Origin: Paraspadella gotoi
Lineage: Eukaryota > Animalia > Chaetognatha
NCBI GenBank assembly: GCA_051294375.1
Contig: CM119267.1
Location: forward strand, 15,912,105 to 15,976,104
Direction: 5' to 3'
DNA length: 64,000 bases
In this document: piece after piece, positions 12,201-25,700 of the stretch
Layout of the letters: every line of letters begins with the position of its first letter
Position numbering within the stretch: position 1 is the first letter of the stretch
The notes under the pieces: generated by a model
Database searches by the model: none
Told to the model about the DNA's origin: nothing
The model's input: only the letters and a program-made list of their open reading frames with translations
Translations under genes and position numbers: made by a program

Positions 12201-15102
12201 ACTTTCTCCTCTTCTTCCTCATCCAGCCTCTTCGGCGCCCGATACATTCCTGCAAATGTATACACATGTTGTCAGTGAAATGAAAAATCATCCTTCAGAT
12301 TTGATATTCATGCTTATGACTAAATTTGATGTTGGATTATGGCTGCAGAACAGTCGACCAAAATTGTCTGAGAGGGCCGCTCTACTGGGAACTGTTGGTA
12401 TAGCCCTATCTCAATTTGGCTTGGATCCAGCACCTGAAAGTCAGTTAACGTTTGATATTTTAAAATCACATTTACGCCGTCTTGTTCGCTATCAGTTTCC
12501 TGACTTGTATGGAGACTTTTTGCGACTTCTTTTGCGTGAAAGTGAGCGATCATTATTTAGCCCATGTCTTTGGCCCATTTTGCTAGAACCTTTACAAGTT
12601 GATATTGAAAAAGGTGACGAAGATTTCAAAATTTCAGAACTTCAAACGAAATGTTTAGCTGAGGCTAAGCCTCTTCCCTCTACTTTAGAGTTAAGTGAAA
12701 CTGATGGTGTTGCAGAAGTAAAAATCGTCACTTTTAAAGGTATTCCTAGATCATTTCGTAAGGAATATATGGACCCAATCACTCCTATATTAGTAAGAGA
12801 AAGTCTAGAATGTTTAACTGCAAATTTTATTCGGCTGAGAACAACAGATCCGGATTTAACAACATTTGGTCTTTACCCGAGATGGCGTCCATATGTGAGC
12901 TCATTGTCGATTCTTTATCGGTTTTTAGGACTCAACCTTATGGAAAGTCAACTACGAAAAGAAATGAGCCGTAACTTATATTTTGAATCTTTAGTGGAGT
13001 TTTGGTCGTTGTTAAATGAAACTTTTCGACCTTGGTTACATCCACTAGAGGGTAGAGAAAGAATTATGACTCCTTGGATTGAAGGAGATACTAACTTTGC
13101 TTTAGAAATGCTTCAAGCTTTCAAAGATGTTGTCGCTGAATTACACGTTTTGCATAAATCCAAATTGATTGAGAATAAAAGCTGGTCTGAATGTCTTCAA
13201 TCTGGTTATTCTACTTCGCCCGTAAAAGACATTTCTCCTCTTAATTTTGTATGGAATCAATATTGCACAGTTTTGTCATTGCCTGGAACTCCGCAACATA
13301 TTCTAGAGACCTTTCACACTAATTTAAAAAAAGATTTTGAATGGAACGATTATATTCTAGATATGCATAGTATAGAGCTAATGCTGCAGCTTCGTGAAAC
13401 ACGACATCCTTGTTGCTTTAATTTTTTAACTGAAATTTTTGCTGAATTTCCGTGGGTTATTTATTTGACAAAGGTTATTAATGAGGAAAGGCAAGATCAG
13501 GTTGTGCGAATTCATACATGTTTTTTGGATTTGCTTATGACTTTAAGCACTACCAAACCGTTTCTCGATTCTGAAACTCCCAAATTAGAATCGTTGTTTC
13601 TCAATGCTCTCGAGTTCAACTGGCAGTTTGTTGACCGCCGAAATTTTGATGCTATTCTACAACGCTACGTAGAACAGTGCGATCCCTCTACCATCTGCGC
13701 CAAAGGAAGGCTTAACCCCGCTGTACTTCCACTTCGGTTGCTTAAAGTAGTATCTGCTTTAGAGGTTCATACTATTCTTCTTTACCCGACTCTTCATCCA
13801 GAAACACAGGAAAAACGAGTATCAATGGTTCGTGGAATAATTAATCTTTCGCTTCAGGTTCTCTCTTCTTCTAAATGTCAGCTCAAACTTAATAAACTAA
13901 AGGAAGATGATAGTCCTTTAAATACTCCATCCGAAAATATAATTGCCGTAATCAGTAACTTAATGACTGACATTGAAAGCATGACTCCTTTCTCTTCTAA
14001 TCTTGAATACCATCACCAAGAGTTAGTTCGGCTACTCTCAGAGGTTTTCTCTTTGATTAATCAATGCCCAGCTGAATATTTGCCCCCGATAGCTGAAGCC
14101 ATACGCCAGTTTCTTGCAGCATCCTCAGGTTCAGTTTTGATCGTTCCCGGAATTGCTGCTGCCTCTCAGTCGTTGGTGTCGCTCAAGCACATGAGCCAAA
14201 TCATTGAGTCCTGCATAGAAACGTACTTTCTTAATCAAGAATTTAAAGAAAGTGATTTAGAGGGGTGGAAACCAATAGTAAATCATATCAAGATTCCTGA
14301 AATGAATGAACCACTATTTGTTAAAGAGTCTCTCAATTGCGAAGGATTTCTGACACTATACGCGTATCTACTTCAGAAAGTTTCACTTTGTGGCGATCTT
14401 TGCAACGAAAGAGCGTTGTTAAACGAAACTGTTCAATGGATGATCGGCATAAAGACTTTGAATCAAGAAAACGAGTCAAAAATTTTGCTCTGGTTCGGGA
14501 AGATTTTTGAACTTTTGTTTCGCCAAATCGGTTACAATTTTCCTAAAGATGAATTTTGCACTTTCATCATAAAATTGTCTTCGCTGTTCGCTTTTTTCGC
14601 GGAAGACAAGGCTTCCTCCGGTTTTCTCGGAATGATTGGTTTAGGGAAGAGGTCGTCTTTATCTACTCGTTTCCGCCTTGTGTGTCGCATTCTCGAAGTG
14701 TTCATCCTCGCTCAGATACGAGAAGATGGTTCTCCCAGGACAAATCCGGATGAACCTTTGCCTTCTTATCTCGTGCCCAAAGAATTAGCCCAACCCTCTG
14801 AAGCGACGTCGTCTGTCATTAGTAATGATGAAAATGTTTTGGAAAAGCCAAATCCATCTCCAGCTGTCATAACCACGATAGGATCGAAGCACTTCATCGC
14901 TTTGAATTCGTTGAAAAATAATAGGCACTACGTTGATCTAAAACCCGAGTTAGAAGCGTCTTTGTCTTTTATTACTGATCGCAAAAACGTATTTTTTCAT
15001 GTCTATAAACTATTTTTGAGACTTATCTCGTCATTGTTTGCAGATAAACAATTTCTTGATGTTCTACAATTATCAAGTGACACTTCTAGGTGTCTGCCTT
15101 AA
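6232..15102 (+). CDS. EPG5: Ectopic P granules protein 5 (autophagosome-lysosome tether); exons 6232-7767, 8029-15102 (~2870 aa)
   Basis: HPLYELL..Y, CINVLFSFQR, DHAYLLHHLLRCPPGVGKWA, C-terminal GFLGMIGLGKRS. One phase-0 GT-AG intron (7768-8028). Confidence 0.92.
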
Positions 15103-15423
15103 TCATTTATTAGGTGTTTAGTGCTTTTAGACTCGACATTAATTATTTAATATTTATAAACAATGGTTATGTACATGCTTGAAATTTATTTAGTTGCTAT
15201 TATCGAGGTTTCATCGTTTAGTTTAATTGTGGGATTTTGCTCCTTTCTTAATTAACATTTCTCTTTGTTCAAAAGTTCGCTGGTTCGAGCCTAATAAAAT
15301 AATTGTTTTTGAAATTGAAAATTAATGATGTCGAAAGTGTCTATTTATGGTTATTTTGCTGCTTTCCTTCTTAAAATTGCTATAAAACTCATGTATGTAT
15401 GTTTTGTACCATTTTGGTTCCAG

Positions 15424-15930
15424 ATGATATACTTGATCTTCTCCCAACTTTCAGACGATATATTACCTGAAGCCACGTCGACGGTGACCGCGTTTCACGG
15501 GTTTCTACATCAATTACTTCAACGTCTCTCTCTCCTACTCTCCTGCGCCGCGCAGAATTTTAATGGATGCAGCGAATTTCAGCACAAAATTTTCTGGTTT
15601 CTGTTTGTCGGTCTGTTCGTCAACCTGGTCCTCATTTTCTTTACATGGAAACTCTACAACCACAAGATTGCGGATCTGCTGAACAATCCACGATTTTTCC
15701 CCGTCCCTGAGTCGAATTCAGTCAAGAGTGCAGGAGGTAATTCAAACACTAAGTATAATTCTCCCGCGCGAGCGACCGCGCGAACTACGACTCGTGCGGC
15801 AACGACAAATCGCACGAGAAGCGCGACGTCTGAAGCGCGGTGCATAAAGAAAAAAAGCAGAAGCGTCTCGTGGGATCCCAAGACGATGACGCGAATCAAA
15901 CCAAAAAATCATTGTCACCAAAAAAATTAA
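15424..15930 (+). CDS. small single-pass membrane protein, TCTA-like (start may be 15325)
   Basis: KIFWFLFVGLFVNLVLIFFTWKLYNHKIADL resembles the TCTA core as recalled ([24 protein letters not shown]). The ATG directly follows a TTCCAG acceptor. Confidence 0.5.
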   Translation: MIYLIFSQLSDDILPEATSTVTAFHGFLHQLLQRLSLLLSCAAQNFNGCSEFQHKIFWFLFVGLFVNLVLIFFTWKLYNHKIADLLNNPRFFPVPESNSVKSAGGNSNTKYNSPARATARTTTRAATTNRTRSATSEARCIKKKSRSVSWDPKTMTRIKPKNHCHQKN

Positions 15931-15947
15931 TTTCTATAAACTTTAAG

Positions 15948-18900
15948 ATGGAAAATTACGTGATTTATGATGATTTACGATCGGACAATGAAGCAATTTC
16001 TTACAAAGGGAGGAGGAAAGGCACCATTAACTTTGTTGCGGTACAATGCATTGAAAAGCGATACCGAGCGTTGGTGACTAATGCTGTTCGCATGCTGCAC
16101 AGCTTCGACAACGAAAACATCGTCAAATTCCTCGAGTGGTATGGTAAGAAACTATCCTTTCTTAGAATTTGTTGCGTAATCAAGTTTTTACGATTACGAC
16201 TACAAAAACATTTTGGATTCAACAAACCAAGAATTTTTAATAATATTTTTTTTTTTATCAGAAACTTCGAATCACTTGTGGGTCGTCTCCGAAATTCTTA
16301 GCGGTGGTAGTTTAGCTGACATCATAGATCAAGATCATTATCTTCCTGAAGACATTGTACGCAACTTCGGCGCCGACATTTGCAAGGGACTTCACTATCT
16401 TCACTCCAATTCAGTTGTCCTCGCGCGACTTTCTCCAGATGTCTTGTCATTGGACGCCCATCAGCGACTCAAGTTAACGGACTTCCGATTCGCACGTGGC
16501 TTCGGTGAAGATGTTGGCGCCCTATACAACCAGGTGTTGTCCAAGGAAGAGTCTCAGTCGCAATCTTCCTTCCTCGCCTTATTCATGGCTAAACCTCAAG
16601 CCTTCAGTCCCGAGGTATTGGTCAGTGCCCACCCACTCGGTTCACTTTCTCCTTCATCCGATATCTGGAGCCTGGGCGTCTGCCTCTACTGGATGCTGGC
16701 CGGTCGGCCGCCCTACGAAGGAAAGATGGCTGAAGCAGTCTTGCGGGAAATCAGCAGAGGGGATTTCGAGATCCCCGATTCCAGAAGAAAATGTGGAAGA
16801 GGAAGCGAGGTTTTCGTCGATTTGCTTCGGGGGCTCTTGAAAGTAGAAAGGAAAGAAAGACTTTTGTGGCCTGAAATAGTAGATCACCCCTTTTGGAATG
16901 GGCAGTTAAAAGACGTCATCGTTTCTCCCGTCGAAATGGCTGATACCCAATCGACGTCACCCACAGATGTGGAAGATTCTTTGGAATTTTCGGATAAATC
17001 TATTGATAACCCAGAGGAAAACGGCGACAAGGAAAGAATTAATTCTTCGATGGAAACCTCATTTAAAAAAAATATAAAAACTCATGGGAACTCGAATTTT
17101 AATAGTGTAGGCGTATTACTGGAGTCTGAATCCAACCATGTCCCTCGTTTGGCTCAACCAATCGCTGGCGACGATGACTTATTTCGCCTCTCCCTTTCCC
17201 GTTGTAGCATAGCGGAGGATAGAAAACCTTCACCCGCGTCTAAAATTGAATTTCCCCTTTCTGTTGACAGTGAGGATGACGGTGACGTTTTGACCTATCA
17301 TCCTCTTGACCTCGAGATGTTTTTTCCTTACCCGGATCGACCCAAGGGGCTCGTGCCCAAGTTCGACGCCAACTCGCTCTCCGTGAAACTCCCTCCCTCA
17401 AAAGCCTCGAACGCTCCTTTGTCGAGCGTCGACCTCGCCGTCGGAAAAATCGAGGAAGCTCTCGCAGCCCCATCTTCTCGCAGCAAACTCCAATCTTCTC
17501 AAAAGCAAATATCCGCTATTTCCTATCTGGTTTCCCTCGGTTCCTCTAATCGTTCAGGTCTCTTCGTCCCACAGCTCGTATTAGAGCGTCGCTTGGAAAT
17601 TTTGCCGCGCTTAGTTAATCTTTTGAAGTCCAACGTCGCCGAGGAATCCGTACGCCAACAGGCAGCCCACGCGTTGTCCGTCCTTCTTCACGTGACCAGC
17701 GAGAATCTTCCTGGCCTCGACTGCGTTCCTGGTTTAGATTTAAATTATTTTCTTCTCGTCGTGAGCGAAGTCGTCAGAGATGGAACGACCTCTCGCCCTC
17801 TACGGTCTCTCTGCCTCGTCGTTCTGCTCAACCTGTTTCGTCTTTGGTCCAGATTCTTCTCCTCCTCTCTATGGTATTCCTTCGCCACTCCCTTTCCGTC
17901 ATTGTCGTTGACGGTGATCGCACGAGGTCTTAGGTTGGAATCGTCGGTGAAGGACGATCCCAAAGCCATTTCAGCGTGTCTACGTATCGTTTCCCTCTTA
18001 TCTATTACATGTTATCGCCTTGATAAACAGAGGTCCGAAACCAAGGAAGAAGTTTTCATAATTCTCCGCTCCAAACTCAAAGCTCCTGAGTTGACTGGAA
18101 CGCTATGGACCCTGCTCTGCCGCGTTCCCGAGACCAGCCTCCGCTGCCTCGCTGCTTCCTGTCTGGTCGCAATTTCGCGTTTAGAACCGTCCGCGCTCTA
18201 TTCGTGCGTGGATCGTGCTGGGCTGCTCTCCGTCGTCGGCGTCATTAACCCGGACGCTGACAAGAGACCCGCGTCTCGTGAGGCCAAACCCGACGCCCAA
18301 ACCACTCTACTTAACCAATTGACCACAACTCTTCTGTGTGTTCTACTCCAAAACCCTCCTCACGCGCTAAAAATATCTTCAAACAAAGAACTCTTGCGTC
18401 GTCTTTTATATTTGAACGACAACCCTTCACCTTACGTTCGCTCCAAGGTGTGGCTGGCATTGACGTCCATATTATCGACGAGTCGAGACGCTTTCACCCT
18501 TGCTTGCAAAAGTCGGCTTATCGCCATGATCGAACGCGAGATTAGGCAGTGTGGCGAATTTTTGAACGTCGGTGCAGAGTCCTGGAAAACAGATGCCAAT
18601 GTTTATCTCGCCGTATCCCTTAAACGCTGCATTGAGAGAATCACTACCGCCAACATCGAAATCGTCAAAGACGCTTCCGATTCGCTTACCGACGTCAGCG
18701 GGCGTCGACATCCGTCGGCGAATCAAACGCTTCGATTAAAAAACTCAGTTCCTCACCTGGCTTCTTTTCATCTTGTTCTCTGCTCGTCGGCTTTACGCGA
18801 GTTTTTGCTTCGGGACGCTTCTCTGCTCAGCAACCTGGTGACCATCCTCACTGAAACTCCGTCGCTCGTAGCGAAGACGACGAATTTGGATCCCGCGCTT

Positions 18901-21125
18901 GGTTCGGGACAGTCGGAGGAAACGGTTAAGACCATCTTGTCTATCTTTGAAACGCTGGCAGTTTCTACCAAGACTTTCGCGGCCAACACTTCGACGTCCT
19001 TTTCTTCCGATACGGATCATCAATCTAACGTTCTCGCGCTTTTACTCGAAGGCGTGCTTCCTCCCTTGGTAGAGATTTTACGACCGGCGTCCGTTTCTGT
19101 TCCTCACGCTCTTCGCCTTACAATGCATCTCCTAGATGGCGCGATCGCCGAACCATCGGCGCCGTTAGAGGCGTTTATTGTCGAGCGCCTTTTTCCTCGT
19201 TTTGCCGAAATTATTTCGGGAACGGAATCTTCCGCTCAAAACTTGTCCCCGTCTGTAGCCATGGGCGTCGTTCATAACGTTCTCGTTCTCAGTCCACATA
19301 CGATCGCCGTCGAGAGTATACCGTCAGAAACGCAAATCTCTGTGGCGGCTGCCTGTCACCAACTCTTGGAGTATAACTTGACCCAGGGGCATGTCTTGAC
19401 GCCGACCTTCAATCAGGTAGATGTTGAGATTTTTATAAACTAAATCCGATATCCGTTTCTTGAGTGCATTCGGTAGAATGGCTTTTTTCCCCCCTATAGT
19501 CACTTGTGGTATTAGCAACGCTTTTGGCTTCTTCAACCAAAGACAAAATCGTCGCCGTCGCCGTCTTTCCGCCTTTGTGGGTTCAAGCGCTCGAGAAACA
19601 CAACCTCGTCTCATTTTTGGTGTCTGTCGTCAAATCGGTGCAGTTTGACATCGAGGATCTGGAGAATGACCTCACGCAACAATTTCTCGAAGCTTCGCTT
19701 TTTCTGCTTCATACAATGCTGCAGTTCGTTTCGGAAAGAATTAGGTGAGAAAAAGCGCTGAGAAAGATATTGAGAGATAGATACTAGATAGAGAGGGAGG
19801 AGAGGTATATATACTACTACTATTACTTTATTGTAGTCCTACAATATTATGATCTTAAAACATAAGTAGCAAAATAGTTTTTTAGAATTTTTCTTTCGAC
19901 GAAAATAGAATTTAAATTAAGATTCTTGTTTAATCCACTGTCTTCTACTCTCCTCTCTCCCCAGATTCGCCCTCTCATCTCGTCGTCATGAAAAAAATAT
20001 TGACGCGGACGCCGCGGAATCCCTTCTGCTCTCCCACCGTCCCCTCATTCGCGCCTTCTCCCCCTTGCTCCATCATCTCATGGTAGCGCCCGATTCGGAT
20101 TTATCCGCTTCTGCCGTCGCCTCCCTCTCCCAATTGGCGCAGCTCTTCGGGGGCGATCATCACCCGCCGCTCACGCCTCAGCATCTGCGCCTTTACGCGC
20201 GGGCGTTGTCGATGAGCGCCGTAACATCCTCGAAAGCCGTTAAATCATCGGCGACGGCGACCCGGCGGCGTACCGTTCTGCGCACGCTCAAGCGTCTCAT
20301 GATGGTCGGCGGCAAGGACAACAGGAAAAAAGAAAAAAAGGAGCAGGTTGGTCGATGGGTATCGGTAGTGGAAAACTACTCTCTAGGAAAATAGTATATC
20401 ACATAATTGCTGAAAAGTTTATTAATTCAAAACATGGGTAAAACATTCTTAATATTTAATATACCCTCTCTCTGCATTAACTACTGCTTACATTCGTTTG
20501 GGCATGCTCTCGTACAGCGAATTGAGGTATGATGGTGAAATGTTTTTTTTACACCTTTAATGCAATTCTTTTCGGCCCCGATATTGATGTCTTTGCTTCT
20601 TTTCTGAGAGCTATAATAACATTTTTTTTTAACCAAAAAAAGGTAAAATGCTTTTAGCATTACCAAATTTAAAAATATAAGTAAGTTCATTCGGAAAAAC
20701 AAAATATCAAAAATGGTAAAAAACTAAATATGATTTTTGTTGCTATTTTTAAATTGAAGTAACAATCTTTTTTGCCTGTAACTTCTAAACGATTTGACCT
20801 ACAAAAAAATGGAAGGAAGCTACTAAAAGAAAATTTAATGTTATTTTAAAGATAGTTTAATTCTTTAAAATCAAACAAGTTTTTAAATAGATATCCTCTA
20901 TTAAAAATGTGATATACTTTTTTCCGAGATGGTTATTAGCTTATTTTTTAAGATTTTTTTTTATTTCGTTGCTAGTACGCGGCGATGTTCAAGGACGATT
21001 TTGAGCGTAACGACGCGACGAGTCTTTTTGCGGTTTTGTCACGAATGTCCGAGTTAGCCGCCTCACACGCCGACGTGGGTCTCGCCTCGACCGCGAGAGA
21101 AATCATCGAAACTTTCCAATTTTAA
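15948..21125 (+). CDS. ULK4: ULK4 pseudokinase; exons 15948-16143, 16262-19416, 19500-19744, 19965-20346, 20976-21125
   Basis: MENYVIYDD..YKGRRKGTINFVA, FLEWYETSNHLW, HEAT/ARM-like C-terminus ending ..ASHADVGLASTAREII. GT-AG junctions keep frame. Confidence 0.9.
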
Positions 21126-21280
21126 AAACACGAGTATCTATTAAGTAATTACGAACAGGTTTCTGCTGTTAGTGTTATCAAGCAATGCGTGCCTTTCATC
21201 CTAAAGTCAAATTACTGCATTCCATTTATAAAAAAAATTATGCCATTTATTCCATATTTTTTATCAGTATAATGTAGACA

Positions 21281-22490
21281 ATGGAAGAATCCGCCCCCCT
21301 TAAACGTAAAAAGAACCAGATTCGCCGCCAAGGCTCAAAAAAAGTTAAACTGAGCCGATGTTCTGAGGCGACGACGAATCTCGCTTCTCCGATCCCGACT
21401 GAAAATACAAGTTTGTCGAAAAAGAGGGAGAGACGAAAACAATTTAAAAAGGAAATCAGAAGAAAACTTCTGAAAGAGGGAAAATTATCACGCCAGAAGA
21501 AAAGGAAAATGTCTTCCAAATCTTGGGTCGACAAATCCGCCGCCCAAAGCAGTGCCGCTGGAACGGAAACACCGAAGAGGTTTGACGGAGAATTGTCGGA
21601 GAATTGGAAAGCTCTTCAGTCCGTTTTGAAACAGGAGAATGTGAAAACGGGGAGACAGAAATCGAACCGCGGGAGAAATAGGAACCGTTCGAATCCCGGT
21701 GACTTACGGCCACAATCGAAAGAAGGCCAATTAAAAAGGGAAACGGGTCAATCCACAAGCGCTGGACATTCCCTTGAAACGAAACCGGAAATTTGGTTCG
21801 AGATTGATGACGACATGCCGTGGGAAAACGTGGCCCCAGCCGAGCCCAGCGTCTTTCCGGTCGAGGAATTGCAGACAACGCAACCGACCGAAGGGGTGAC
21901 GCATATAGTTGGCTTGGATTGCGAAATGGTTGGAGTTGGAGAGAACGGCCATGATTCTATTTTAGCTCGAGTGTCTATCGTAAATCAACACGGGCGTCCA
22001 TTTTACGACAAATACGTGAAACCGACAGAAGAGGTGAGTCGATGAACTTTTTAATCTCGCCGAGGTACTCATTCATCCTTTTTCTCTTCAGGTGACTGAC
22101 TACCGGACGGCCGTCAGCGGCATCAGGCCTCACAACCTCGGCAAAGACGCGGTTCCGTTTCAACAGGCTCAAGCGGAAGTAGCAGCGATTCTTAAGGACA
22201 AGATCCTTGTGGGGCACGCCCTCTCCAACGACCTTTCAGTGCTTTTTCTCAGTCATCCTTTTCGCCGTACCAGGGACACGCAAAAGTACAAGCCTTTCAG
22301 GAAATTGTTCGGTGGGTTACCGTCGCTGAAGCGGCTTGCTAGCCATTTTCTTGATCTGTCGATACAAACTGGTGAACACTCGTCCGTGGAGGACGCACAG
22401 GTGGCCATGAGGCTCTACATGTCGCGTCGCTCCGAATGGGAGGCGGAAATTCGCCAAAAACGCAAGGGAAAAGAAAAAAAGTCGGATTAA
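21281..22490 (+). CDS. REXO4: RNA exonuclease 4 (DEDDh); exons 21281-22033, 22092-22490
   Basis: [44 protein letters not shown]; NWKAL and IWFE motifs; basic N-terminus. Confidence 0.93.
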
Positions 22491-22745
22491 GCTCGCGCAG
22501 TTCAAGTGATCGTTAAGCGTTAATAATGTTATGAAGTTTGTTTCGTTATCGTTGCATTTCTTTTCTAACCAGTTCAATCATTTGGAACATTTGTTGAAAA
22601 AAAAATTAAATTATGACAAGAGATTTATGATATGCTGTTAAATTTGACGATGACAAGGAAGTGTTGACAATTCAAAATACCGATTATTATGACACGGAGC
22701 AGTTGAAATTCGGATCATCTGATCTTATCGACGCCAATCTTCGTC

Positions 22746-25700
22746 ATGAATATCATGCGTCGCCTCGTCGGGATGGGGAGTCAGGGCGGCGGGGGTGGAA
22801 ACTCCGACGCCCCCATGTCGCCCGGGGGAAGACCGCATTCCAATTCAGTGGGCAGCGATGTAGACACCCGCCATTGCCCGATTATTTCCTCCGGTACAGT
22901 TAACTTCAGATAAATCGTTAATTGATTGTACTTTTAAGAACATTCCCGAAACACTTATTTCTTAATTAATTCTTATTCTTTCAGGAAGCAGCGGTGGGCG
23001 CAGCCGGTCGTCATCCTCTTCGAGCGCCTCGAATCCACAACCCGATCAAGCTCTGGGTCTCATGCACTTGCGAAAGCTTTTCGCCGATCTTTCGCGACCA
23101 ACTTCGACAGGTAGTCATGGTTCACATTTTAATTTCTACGTGGACCATAGACAAAACAAAACAATTTTACTAAAACAATTATGTATTTATTAAGGTTCCC
23201 AAAGCGGCACAGGCGTTCATGCCAAAGATGTTGAAGAGAGGCTTTACCAGATGCTGCCGCTATTTTGCAAAGTTTTTGGCAACGCTCCGGCCGATGACAT
23301 GACCGAAAAGTTTGGCGATATTTTGCAGGTATATGCTGCTAAAATACAAGCGTTAATAGTAATATCAATAAAATTTGATATATCAATAAAAGCGTTGTAT
23401 ATCAATAAAAATTACATTGTCATGTCGTCACTTAAAAAAAAAAATGTTGGTAATTTTTCTTTCATTTACAACAGTTTTGCTCTCTTGTTTCTCGTTTGAT
23501 GGTATCGGAGATCCGGCGGCGCGCCTCTAACCAGTCGACGGAGGCGGCCTCACGAGCAATCGCCGAATTCCTAGAAATCGAGAATCGTGAGGAAGATTCA
23601 CACGGGTGGATGCTTCTTTCCACCCTCAACCTTCTTTCCGCCGGGACACCTGCGCTTATTGGTTAGAGTTCTGGGATGGATGAATATATTTTGCGTATTT
23701 CTTGCTTCAGATCGCAATTTTCCTCTTTCTTTGAAATTTTGTTACGATTCTCATTCAGTTTTCCTCTCTTTAGATTGCATGACCGCCGCGTCTCTTCCGT
23801 CGACTCTGGTGAAATGCTTGTACCTTTTTTTCGATCTCCCACCGGATTCCTCTGTTACCCCGGCGACTTCGAATCAGGCGAATAACAACTTAGAACTAGT
23901 CTGACAGTACAGGAAAAATTCTTGTTCACTGAAACCTTAATAATAAATCCTCCAGACGACGGCAGATCCTCCGATTCAAATGACGGACAACAATCGTGTT
24001 CAACAAAATCAAACTAGCGCCGGTCGATTGGATAACCGAAGCAATTCCGTCGTTTCCAAGACGGAGCCTGAATTTTCGCAGTTGGAAAGAAAGATTCTAT
24101 TGCAAAAAGTTTTCGAGCAGGTTTGAACTGGAGTAAAATTTGATTCGGTTTGTCGACATTAGGAAATAAAAGTCACATCGTTTTTTGTTTTGGTTTTTTT
24201 TTGACAGGTTCTAACTCGCCTTTGTGGACACATCGCTCCCGCTGAGGAGCTTTCCCGCAAGGACGACCTGGTGCTTCTCTTTTCCGCGGTGACATCTTGG
24301 TGCCCCATTCACAACGCCGTCTGGAGACGAACTGCGGGCGAGGTCCTGATGACCATATCTAGATCATCTCTCACACCGACCGTGATTCGATATTTGCATG
24401 AAAAAGGTGCGGCGTTTTTCTTTTTTCTTTTTCGTTTTTTTTCGTTTTAAAAAGTTTTTTTTCTCAGGTTGCATCGCCATGTGCGTTGAGAATTTGCAGA
24501 GGTCATCTCCTCTCGGCGGATCCTCTCTTCCGATTTCGGTTCAACATTCCAACGGAGCATTACAGGTTGTGTGTTTCGTTAAATTATGATTATTACCAAC
24601 TGGTTATTACTATTTTTCTTTTCTTTTCTGGTTGACAGCGAAGGAGCTCTTCTGGAGAGGGTGGGACGACGATAGAATTACGTCCTTCAGAAATCGTCGA
24701 GATGCTCGTTACGCTCTTCTGCATCCTCAAAGATTCCGCCGACGTATCTCCCACCCTCATGGAGGACTTTCGAACCTGTCAGGTGGACCTCTGCTGCTCG
24801 AATAATTGAGCTTTTTCTTGTTCGTTCTGTAATTCACTCACAGAACCAATTTCTTTTGTATGTCAGGGCTACAATTTCTTGTCGGAATTGATGCTTCGCA
24901 TGGAGGATCTGGCGACAGCCGACAGTCAAGAGGTCCGCCAACAACTTCGCCATCTCGTCTTGCCAATAACTTCGCTCGCTCTTTGCGGATACAAGGTAAG
25001 AAATACAAAATATTACGAAACGAAAGAATTAAACAAACTCGAACTCAAATTACTCGATTTAAAAAGAGAATTGTAACGGAATAGCCCCAGCAAATTATGA
25101 CCAATCTTTCCTAGGAATTGCGCCCGCCCTCGGCTGTGGGAACTGGCTTATTTCAAATGCCCGGCTTTTCTATCCCTGAGCCTCAAGGTCGTGGGGCGTC
25201 CGTTCGAAACCTCGCCGCTTTTTCGGTGCTTCAGACCGTCTTTCTCAAGGGCCGCTCAGATTTGCTCTGCTCGACGGTGCTGGATGCCGTCGTCAGCGTA
25301 TACCACGCAGATCCAGTCAATTACTTCGTTCTCGAAGACAACCACACCCTTTCCCAGTTCGCCGAACGCGTCCCCACCCTTTCCACCGAAATTCAGGGAA
25401 AGTTTTTTGAAACTCTCGTCTACGTCGTGATTGAGTTAAACTTCGTACCTTGCAAAGAACTTATTTCGTTGAGCTTGTTGTTGCAGCAGCAGCAATCGCT
25501 CGAATGCAGGTGAGATGCGTTTTGTCAAATTTTTAATTTATAATTTATAATTTATTGATCAATCTTCATTGCTTTTTTTAGCATCCTCTGTCTACACGCA
25601 CTTCTCCGCATTCTCCGACATCACTCGGTTTTTCGCGATGTTTTCCGAGAAGTCGGTCTGTTAGAAGTGCTGGTCACTTGTCTTCACCGATACGCGGCAC

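Noticed and set aside
15738-15947. Cis intron fusing the TCTA-like ORF to ULK4
   Set aside because: A phase-1 donor joined to the AG before ATG shifts the frame and hits a stop within 7 codons.
20400-20940. Possible transposon remnant in the last ULK4 intron
   Set aside because: No matching termini or TSD could be delimited by eye.
15948-21125. ULK4 as a third autophagy gene in the cluster
   Set aside because: ULK4 is a pseudokinase linked to cilia and microtubules, not an ATG1-type autophagy kinase.
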